DNA from: Bacteroidia bacterium
GTDB lineage: Bacteria > Bacteroidota > Bacteroidia > J057
Direction of reading: 5' to 3'
Assembly (NCBI GenBank): GCA_045106675.1
Contig: JBGCFA010000014.1
Location: 1-64,000, forward strand
DNA length: 64,000 bases
The translations under genes and the position numbers were made by a program. Below, one piece after another: positions 57,099 to 64,000 of this stretch; positions within the stretch are counted from its first letter, which is position 1, and every line of letters begins with the position of its first letter. The notes beneath the pieces are model-generated. The model was given only the letters and a program-made list of their open reading frames with translations, had not been told where the DNA came from and made no database searches.

Positions 57099-58265
57099 AT
57101 GCCTATATATCATAAACTGGGACAAATTCCTCCCAAACGACATACAATCTTCCGCCAACCCAATGGCAAACTTTATAATGAGCAACTTTTCGGCACCATC
57201 GGTTTTGATGGGATGTCCTCGCTACTCTATCATGTGCATCGACCGACTCAAGTCAAGCAAATCAATGAGCCTAAAGATGTTAGCCCTAAAGTAGCAGTGA
57301 GCAAAAACATGACTGCGCGTAAGCTAGTGGGTTTTGATCTTCCTGCGGAGAACGATTTTTTGGATAGTCGCACTCCCATGTTGATCAATAGTGATATCCA
57401 TATTGGTTTAGCGGCTCCTAAAAAGTCGATGACATCTTACTTTTACAAGAATGCGGATGCCGATGAGATGTTATTCATTCACCATGGTACGGGTACGCTC
57501 AAAACTATCATGGGCAATATCTCTTTTGAGTATGGTGATTATCTGATCATACCGCGTGGGATGATTTATCAGATCGAGTTCGATACCGAAGACAACCGGA
57601 TCCTTTACGCAGAATCATTTGATCCGATTTACACCCCCAAGCGCTATCGCAATTGGTTTGGACAGCTTTTGGAACATAGTCCTTTTTGCGAGCGTGACTA
57701 CAAATTACCGGAGGTGCTAGAGACGCATGATGAGGAAGGTGATTTTATCATGAAGATCAAGAAGCAAGGCATGCTGCATGAATTGGTTTATGCGCATCAT
57801 CCTTTTGATGTAATCGGTTGGGATGGTTATAACTTCCCTTATGGCTTCTCTATCCACAATTTTGAGCCGATTACAGGTCGCGTGCATCAACCACCGCCCG
57901 TCCACCAGACTTTTGAAACTAAAGCTTTTGTGATTTGCTCCTTTTGTCCACGGATGTATGATTATCATCCGCAGGCGATTCCTGCTCCATACAATCACTC
58001 CAATATTGACTCAGACGAAATGCTCTATTACGTCGATGGCGACTTTATGAGCCGCAACGATATTGATCAAGGCTATATCACTTTACATCCGGGCGGGATT
58101 CCTCATGGACCGCATCCAGGTGCCTATGAGCGCAGTATCGGCAAAAAAGAAACAGGCGAATTGGCCGTGATGATTGATACTTTCAAGCCATTGCAAGTAA
58201 CTGAGGCTGCTGTCAAATTAGATGATGGTAAGTACTATCAGTCTTGGTTGGAAGGGAGTCATTGA
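57099..58265 (+). CDS. hmgA: Homogentisate 1,2-dioxygenase.
   Basis: 388 aa. The N-terminal region YNEQLFGTIGFDGMSSLLYHVHRP is collinear with the HGD block YAEQLSGSAF..PR...WLYRILP. The length and the cupin-like His/Glu-rich core are consistent. Confidence 0.7.
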   Translation: MPIYHKLGQIPPKRHTIFRQPNGKLYNEQLFGTIGFDGMSSLLYHVHRPTQVKQINEPKDVSPKVAVSKNMTARKLVGFDLPAENDFLDSRTPMLINSDIHIGLAAPKKSMTSYFYKNADADEMLFIHHGTGTLKTIMGNISFEYGDYLIIPRGMIYQIEFDTEDNRILYAESFDPIYTPKRYRNWFGQLLEHSPFCERDYKLPEVLETHDEEGDFIMKIKKQGMLHELVYAHHPFDVIGWDGYNFPYGFSIHNFEPITGRVHQPPPVHQTFETKAFVICSFCPRMYDYHPQAIPAPYNHSNIDSDEMLYYVDGDFMSRNDIDQGYITLHPGGIPHGPHPGAYERSIGKKETGELAVMIDTFKPLQVTEAAVKLDDGKYYQSWLEGSH

Positions 58266-58274
58266 TGCGGATAA

Positions 58275-58289
58275 GCGTTCCGCGCAGCG
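58275..58289. repeat. Short copy of the palindromic repeat core (gcgttccgcgcagcg), 10 nt after the hmgA stop.
   Basis: The same CGTTCCGCGCAGCG core is seen at 3463-3478. The copy at 7934-7948 carries the related variant CGTTCCGCGAAGCGG. Confidence 0.4.
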
Positions 58290-58407
58290 ATCGTGGATAA
58301 TCGAGTCCTATGGATTTGAATGAAGACTGACAGAGTAATAAGCATTTTGCTGAGAACTTTGTCAGTCTTTTTGTTTCATGTTTTCAGCTTCGGCATGCAT
58401 GCCGAAC

Positions 58408-59751
58408 CTACTCCCCCAAATGAACCTTTGGTCTCGGGATCAAAAACAACTCAGTTTGCCGCCCATCAATATAGCGTACCCTCTCCCCATCAAAAAAGGC
58501 GTCTTCCTCCATCATCATGCGGATCTCTTTGTCCCATTCGGGGATGAAAACTGCGGTATTGAGTTCGATGGAGTAAGCAGTATTGGGGTACATTGGATAG
58601 TCTCCGCGATGCGGAACGCCACCTTGTTGGTCCCAAAGCCCAATTGTAGGGCCCGCACCATGTCCATGATAACCAATCGGATGAGTATAGATGGTGGGTT
58701 TTAAGCTTTCGCTTTTAGCTTGTGCTAGCGCTCCTAGAAGGATTTGATTACCGCTTTTGCCAGTTTCAAACTGACTCGTCAGTATGTCCATCAGTCGTAA
58801 GCCCTTGGCGAACGCTTGGACTAGATAGACAGGAGCCTCTGTTTCACCCGCTTTGAGGATGTAGGCATTTTCTTGGGTGTCAGTATTGAGTCCGAGGTAG
58901 GTGATGCCAAAATCTACATGGATCAAATCTCCAGGCTGGATGATTTGTTGATCTGGCCGCTTGGAGAAGGATCGAAGGTGATCAAAGTTTTCGGGATCGT
59001 GACGCTGGATATCTACCGTTGGATGAAACCAAGCGTCTAGACCGAGCTGATTGATGCGGTTGCGATAGTACCAGACTACCTCATCGGTGCTCGTAACGCT
59101 CGGCTGGATGACCTTTTCTGAAAAGCCTTCGGCTATGATCTCATGTGCGATCCGGCAAACTTGTTGGTAAACGACCATCTCTTGGGGCGTGCGGGTTTCA
59201 AGCCATCCTACGGCCAAGCGTTCGGCGGAGACGAGACGATCTTGATACTGCTTGGGCAAGCGAGCCTGAAACTCGGCATAATGAAATGCACTCATGCCAT
59301 CAGCAAGGGCAAAATGTTCAGAGCGATTGACGGCAATTTTCTTGGGCTTGCGCTCGGCAATAAGATCGACTAATTGTTGCCACTGATCAGGCTGAGTTTC
59401 TTTGTCCCAAGCTTTTTTGAAGACTTCGCCTACGTCGTAACGTGCACAGGCAAGGGTTTCCAGCTTTTCGCCATTGTCATAGACGAGGAGTATGGTCGTT
59501 CGGCGAGCCGACATCCAACTAGAAGGTAGCATCGTCTTGAGGACGGGATCTTCATTATATTCTCTTGAGATCAACACCCACATATCAATGCCTTCGCGCC
59601 GCATAAGTTCAGGCAGTACGGTTTCAAAACGATTTTGAAGCCATTGATCCTTTAACTCGCCTCTTTGTTGGAGGTCGAGGATCTTGGGCATTTGTGCGAA
59701 ACTACTCAAACTAATAAGCAGCAATATGATAATCGAAAGCAGGTTTTTCAT
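58408..59751 (-). CDS. Secreted M24-family metallopeptidase (Xaa-Pro aminopeptidase/prolidase-like).
   Basis: 447 aa. The signal peptide is MKNLLSIIILLLISLSSFAQ. The pita-bread-fold metal ligand blocks are DFGITYLGLNTD and HPIGYHGHGAGPTIG, with E-rich C-terminal ligands. Confidence 0.75.
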   Translation of the reverse strand: MKNLLSIIILLLISLSSFAQMPKILDLQQRGELKDQWLQNRFETVLPELMRREGIDMWVLISREYNEDPVLKTMLPSSWMSARRTTILLVYDNGEKLETLACARYDVGEVFKKAWDKETQPDQWQQLVDLIAERKPKKIAVNRSEHFALADGMSAFHYAEFQARLPKQYQDRLVSAERLAVGWLETRTPQEMVVYQQVCRIAHEIIAEGFSEKVIQPSVTSTDEVVWYYRNRINQLGLDAWFHPTVDIQRHDPENFDHLRSFSKRPDQQIIQPGDLIHVDFGITYLGLNTDTQENAYILKAGETEAPVYLVQAFAKGLRLMDILTSQFETGKSGNQILLGALAQAKSESLKPTIYTHPIGYHGHGAGPTIGLWDQQGGVPHRGDYPMYPNTAYSIELNTAVFIPEWDKEIRMMMEEDAFFDGERVRYIDGRQTELFLIPRPKVHLGE

Positions 59752-59853
59752 ACTATGAAACTACAAAAAAATGGTTTTGCTGAGGTGCCTATTCTATCCA
59801 GCGACCAATTATTTCTCATCCTTATATTCTTGGCAATATTTACGTATTGAGTC

Positions 59854-60732
59854 ATGATACTCTTAATCAATATTGTAATAAATTGTATTGATATGATTCA
59901 AGCGCATCAACAATTCGACTTATTAGGGAAAAAGATTTTTGAAAAGGCCGTTTTACAGCCGCCCTTTCGGATACCAGCAGAAATGCCCAATGAAGCTTGC
60001 TTTTATTATATCGTTTCGGGTTGTGCCGAAGTGATCACGCCAATGGGCACTATCACAGGAGAGGCCAATGAAGGAATCGTGCTCAAATGCGGCAACTATT
60101 TCAATGATTACCTCAATGGAGTGGAGGGAGAGTTCTGCGAAGCAGTAGCGGTACACTTTTACCCGGAGGTACTCAAATTGATCTATGACAAAGATTTTCC
60201 GGACTTTTTGTTGGAGGTGGAAAACGCTAAGCCGATAAAACTGGAGAAGATTGCAGGCTCTCAACTCTTAAAAAGTTATGTAGATGGTTTAGGCTTCTAT
60301 TTTGAAAATCCGGCACTGGTGAGTGATGAACTCCTGAAGCTGAAACTCAAAGAATTAATCTTATTATTGGCTAAGACGGATAATGCAGAGACGATCCGGA
60401 TGTTGATTACGGGGATGTTTGCGCCCGCTGAACTAGATTTCAAAGGAATGATAGAGGCGAATCTTTATAATAATTTGAGCTTGGAGGAATTGGCATTTTT
60501 AGCTGGATTCAGTTTGTCTTCTTTTAAGCGAGAGTTTGTTAAGCATTATGACCAATCTCCGGCCAAGTATATCAAGCAGCGTAAACTCGAAAAAGCGGCA
60601 AAATTGCTAAAGGCAACAGAGCTTCGAATCTCTGAAGTGGCCTATGAGTGCGGGTTTGTCGATTTGGCTCATTTCTCTAAGTCTTTTCAGCAATTTTACC
60701 ATGTTTCCCCCTCGAATTATCGTTTGGACTAA
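59854..60732 (+). CDS. AraC family transcriptional regulator.
   Basis: The C-terminal dual HTH is LEELAFLAGFSLSSFKREFVKHYDQSPAKYIKQRKLEKAAKLLKATELRISEVAYECGFVDLAHFSKSFQQFYHVSPSNYR. The start could instead be the MIQAHQ Met at 59893. Confidence 0.88.
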   Translation: MILLINIVINCIDMIQAHQQFDLLGKKIFEKAVLQPPFRIPAEMPNEACFYYIVSGCAEVITPMGTITGEANEGIVLKCGNYFNDYLNGVEGEFCEAVAVHFYPEVLKLIYDKDFPDFLLEVENAKPIKLEKIAGSQLLKSYVDGLGFYFENPALVSDELLKLKLKELILLLAKTDNAETIRMLITGMFAPAELDFKGMIEANLYNNLSLEELAFLAGFSLSSFKREFVKHYDQSPAKYIKQRKLEKAAKLLKATELRISEVAYECGFVDLAHFSKSFQQFYHVSPSNYRLD

Positions 60733-60830
60733 ATTGACAAGGCATTGGACGGATCGGCAAAACTTTCCGGTCTTGACTGATTCATCTTTGTAGGGTATTC
60801 AATAAGCAACACCCTTAAAACTAATTTAAG

Positions 60831-61418
60831 ATGAAACCATTCCTCAAAATCAGTCTTTTATTTAGCCTTACTGTCTTAGGTTTTAGCTTCCTCCATGCCC
60901 AAGAAAAGGTGCAGGAATTTACGGTTTCTCATGTGATTCATGCTCCTGCCGACAAAGTTTGGGCGGTAGTAGGTGAAGATTATGGTGCCATCGCAAATTC
61001 ACATCCCAAGATTATCAGTTCTGACTACATCAATGGTTCGCTGCAAGCGGGCGAAGGTGCCGAGCGTGTCTGCAATTTCAATGAAAGCGGCACCAAGTAC
61101 CTCAAGGAAAAGCAAGTCAACTATGATCCGACTAATTACACTTTCACCAATCAGGTATATCAAGCTGGTAAATTTCCAGTTGATCCAGCGAACACATTTG
61201 CGGTTTACCGTGTGGAGCCGATTGATGATAATTCTTGCCGCTTTGTTTTCGAGATGACGTATCGTACCATTCCCCCAATGATGGGAGGCATGATGAAAAG
61301 AAGTTTCAAGAGCTTGGTTGCAGATTATGCAGTAGCGGTTGAGCATCACGTCAATACTGGCGAAAAGGTCAATAAAGATAATTTTAAGCAGCTGAAGCGT
61401 GAAATTTCTGCTAGATAG
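60831..61418 (+). CDS. Secreted SRPBCC (Bet v1-like / polyketide-cyclase-like) family protein.
   Basis: 195 aa with a signal peptide. The VWAVVGEDYGAIANSHP pattern is typical of the SRPBCC superfamily. Confidence 0.55.
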   Translation: MKPFLKISLLFSLTVLGFSFLHAQEKVQEFTVSHVIHAPADKVWAVVGEDYGAIANSHPKIISSDYINGSLQAGEGAERVCNFNESGTKYLKEKQVNYDPTNYTFTNQVYQAGKFPVDPANTFAVYRVEPIDDNSCRFVFEMTYRTIPPMMGGMMKRSFKSLVADYAVAVEHHVNTGEKVNKDNFKQLKREISAR

Positions 61419-61529
61419 GAGGCATTTTTAAAATACATAGACACAGGAATCCACCTATCTCTGTGTCTATGTATTTACTAAATAAAGCGATTACTGGTCC
61501 ATTCGGGGAAATTATCCGAACTTGCGTCC

Positions 61530-63077
61530 ATGCCGCAGGAAATCCAGCTTCAAATCCCTCCCAAGTTTATCGAAGACGAAAGTTTTATTCGCCGTCAAGT
61601 GGCGTTTAAACTCAAAATTGAGGAGAATCGGATCAAGCATTTTCAGATCATAAGAAGGTCTATTGATGCTCGTAAAAACAAGGCCAGCTATGTTTTGCGC
61701 CTTCGTATTTGGGTAGATGAAAACTTTGAACCTGTTGAAAAGACACCTTTTCCTTTACAAGATGTGAGCAATAAAGCTCCAGTACATATTGTAGGATTAG
61801 GTCCAGCAGGCTTATTTGCCGCTTTACATTTGATCAAGCAGGGATTGAAGCCGATTGTCATCGAACGCGGAAAAGCAGTGCGTGAACGTCGCCGTGATTT
61901 GGCTCGTTTGAACAAAGAAGGTATTGTCAATCCTGATTCAAATTATTGCTTCGGGGAAGGGGGAGCAGGAACGTTCTCCGACGGAAAACTCTATACTCGC
62001 TCTACCAAAAGGGGAGACACCCAGAGTGTGTTGGATGTCTTGGTACAGTTTGGCGCTACAGAAGCAATATTGATAGATGCGCACCCTCATATCGGTACCA
62101 ATAAGCTACCAGGTATCATTCAGAATATGCGGGAAGCGATTTTAGAAGCAGGAGGCGAGATTCATTTTGATACCAAGCTGACAGATTTTAAGATCGAAAG
62201 TGATTGCCTCAAGGCGATACAAGTCAATGGACAAGATTGGTGGCCGGTGGAGGCTTTAATTCTCGCTACTGGGCATTCTGCACGTAATATATTTGAACTC
62301 TTGCATCGAGCGGAGATCGAAATAGAAGCCAAAGCGTTCGCCTTGGGCATAAGAGTCGAACACCCTCAAGGAATCATCGACCAAATCCAATATCGACAAA
62401 GTCCTCGTCATGAAAACCTGCCTGCTGCTTCCTACTCATTGGTCCAGCAGATAGAAGGGAAAGGCGTTTATTCCTTTTGTATGTGTCCGGGGGGGATTAT
62501 TTGTCCTGCGGCAACGGGAGGGGACGAAATCGTGGTCAATGGTTGGTCGCCCTCTAAGCGTAATTCTCCTTTTGCTAATTCGGGGATGGTGGTCGAACTG
62601 GGTTTGAAGGACTTTGGTAACGATAATCCTTTAGCTGGAGTGGTATTACAAGCGGAACTTGAGAAGAGAGCGTTCCAGCATGGAGGTGGCAAACAAGTAG
62701 CTCCGGCAGCGCGATTGACTGACTTTTTGAAAAATAAAGTTTCTCCCAGCTTACCTAACTGCTCTTACCTCCCCGGTATTACGGCGGTGAATATGCGAGA
62801 AGTATTACCTAATAAAATCTTGAAACGTTTGCAAGGCGGTTTTCGACGCTTTGGGGCCAAGATGCATGGCTATATCAGTGAAGAGGCGGTAGTAGTCGGA
62901 GTCGAGTCACGTACTTCTTCGCCAGTTCGGATTCCCCGAACGCCAGAGAGCCTAATGCACGTACGAATAGAAGGCTTATTTCCTTGTGGTGAGGGCGCTG
63001 GCTATGCTGGAGGGATCATGTCGGCTGCAATTGATGGTGAAAAATGCGCCAAAGCCGTTGAAAGATTTATTTCATAA
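61530..63077 (+). CDS. NAD(P)/FAD-dependent oxidoreductase (uncharacterised FAD-dependent dehydrogenase family, COG2509-like).
   Basis: 515 aa. The dinucleotide-binding motif is VHIVGLGPAGLFAALHL. The downstream GGAGTFSDGK block fits that family. Confidence 0.75.
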   Translation: MPQEIQLQIPPKFIEDESFIRRQVAFKLKIEENRIKHFQIIRRSIDARKNKASYVLRLRIWVDENFEPVEKTPFPLQDVSNKAPVHIVGLGPAGLFAALHLIKQGLKPIVIERGKAVRERRRDLARLNKEGIVNPDSNYCFGEGGAGTFSDGKLYTRSTKRGDTQSVLDVLVQFGATEAILIDAHPHIGTNKLPGIIQNMREAILEAGGEIHFDTKLTDFKIESDCLKAIQVNGQDWWPVEALILATGHSARNIFELLHRAEIEIEAKAFALGIRVEHPQGIIDQIQYRQSPRHENLPAASYSLVQQIEGKGVYSFCMCPGGIICPAATGGDEIVVNGWSPSKRNSPFANSGMVVELGLKDFGNDNPLAGVVLQAELEKRAFQHGGGKQVAPAARLTDFLKNKVSPSLPNCSYLPGITAVNMREVLPNKILKRLQGGFRRFGAKMHGYISEEAVVVGVESRTSSPVRIPRTPESLMHVRIEGLFPCGEGAGYAGGIMSAAIDGEKCAKAVERFIS

Positions 63078-63236
63078 TCAAATCACGCAAAAATATTACT
63101 TCAATATTAGCGACTAAACTAGCTTTATGGCTTATTCGGACTGCCGATTATTCCATATTTGGCTAATTTACGATCATTTTAACTACTGATCTTACATCTG
63201 GGGGTGTAATAAGTAAGTTTTTTGTACGATTGTGCT

Positions 63237-64000
63237 ATGAAAAAAATCCTTGCTCTGCTTGTGGCGGCTCTCCTTGGAGTCTCCCAAATTACCCCTTTAT
63301 TTGCCCAGGCCGACTTTGTGGCGACGCCCAGCTCGGGTTGTGCGCCCTTAATCGCTACCTTTTTGGATTTGACGCCCAATGCTGTCTCTTGGGATTGGGA
63401 TTTTGGCAATGGCAATAGCTCATCGCTTCAGTCTCCCGGCTTGATTTACAATAATGCTGGAACCTATACTGTGCGGATGATTGTAACCTATGCCAATGGT
63501 ATTCAGGATACCGTAATCAAACCAAATTACATTACCGTTTTCTCTAGTCCTGTAGCTGATTTTAGTGTCAATCCCAATCAAGTTTGTCAAGGGGATTCGG
63601 TGCAGTTTTTAGATCAGAGTATTTTGGGCTCTGGGACAAATTTGACGGTTAGCTGGGATTTTGGAGACGGAATCACAACTAGCATCCAAAATCCTAAACA
63701 TGCTTATCAAAATGCAGGGATTTATAGTGTCATCTATGCGATCATTGATGAAAATGCTTGTAGTGATCTCTTGATACTGCCAAATTTAATCGAAGTGGAT
63801 TCGATCCCTAACGCAAGCTTTACTTTTGACATTGGCTTTAGTTGTACCGCTCCGGTAACGGTTAGCTTTACCGCAGATGATACCCTCTTAAGTTTACAGC
63901 ATTTTTGGGACTTTGGGGATGGCAATACTTCCACGCAAACTAATCCACAGCATACTTATACCAGTTTTGGCGTATTCACAGTATTGCATACACTCGGCTC
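63237..64000 (+). CDS. Partial secreted PKD-repeat protein. It continues beyond the window.
   Basis: The signal peptide is MKKILALLVAALLGVSQITPLFAQA. At least three PKD repeats follow (VSWDWDFGNGNSS, VSWDFGDGITTS, HFWDFGDGNTSTQTNPQHTY). The ORF track lists a different-frame ORF at 63230, but the ATG at 63237 gives the long open frame. Confidence 0.8.
   Translation, partial: MKKILALLVAALLGVSQITPLFAQADFVATPSSGCAPLIATFLDLTPNAVSWDWDFGNGNSSSLQSPGLIYNNAGTYTVRMIVTYANGIQDTVIKPNYITVFSSPVADFSVNPNQVCQGDSVQFLDQSILGSGTNLTVSWDFGDGITTSIQNPKHAYQNAGIYSVIYAIIDENACSDLLILPNLIEVDSIPNASFTFDIGFSCTAPVTVSFTADDTLLSLQHFWDFGDGNTSTQTNPQHTYTSFGVFTVLHTLG

Noticed and set aside
1-64000. CRISPR arrays, integrases, transposases and phage genes
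   Set aside because: I found no short regularly spaced direct repeats and no recombinase or transposase motifs. The only repeats are the coiled-coil tandem repeat, the intragenic PKD/CBM-like domain repeats and the palindromic REP-like family.

Overview
This window is a 64-kb chromosomal segment that looks like it comes from a Bacteroidota genome. Three proteins end in type-9 secretion (T9SS) C-terminal sorting domains, there is a DUF4476-type protein, several PKD-repeat proteins, and GC is moderate. It holds about 45 protein genes and one tRNA-Leu. I saw no rRNA, CRISPR array, transposase or integrase.

Housekeeping genes: ffh, trigger factor, a RelA/SpoT-family enzyme, topoisomerase III, an ABC-F ATPase, homogentisate dioxygenase, CrtZ, peptidases of families S9 and M24, a CoA-transferase, and TetR and AraC regulators.

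The most interesting features, in order of interest:
- A probable four-gene operon at 17500-25967. It encodes a YqiJ/NfeD-like membrane protein, a flotillin-type SPFH protein, a small lipoprotein, and a roughly 1,610-aa protein. The large protein has a beta-rich N-terminal domain, about 700 aa of coiled coil, and a Lon-type AAA+ module without a peptidase domain.
- A 2,223-aa T9SS cargo protein at 35169-41840. It combines a PQQ sugar-dehydrogenase beta-propeller, a di-heme cytochrome c, a lectin, a PA14 domain, four PKD domains and three copies of an unassigned domain of about 175 aa.
- Two tandem membrane-anchored pseudokinase-like genes at 45197-48333, next to a multi-PAS histidine kinase.
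- A dispersed palindromic intergenic repeat family with core TTCGCAGAACGCTAGAAGCGTTCTGCGAA, present in at least seven copies.
- A di-heme cytochrome c peroxidase carrying a T9SS sorting domain.
- An ABC-F protein whose second Walker A motif is degenerate.
- An AT-rich islet with a signal-peptidase-I-like pseudogene interrupted by an in-frame TAG.
- A partial secreted EF-hand/coiled-coil protein with 198-nt tandem repeats.
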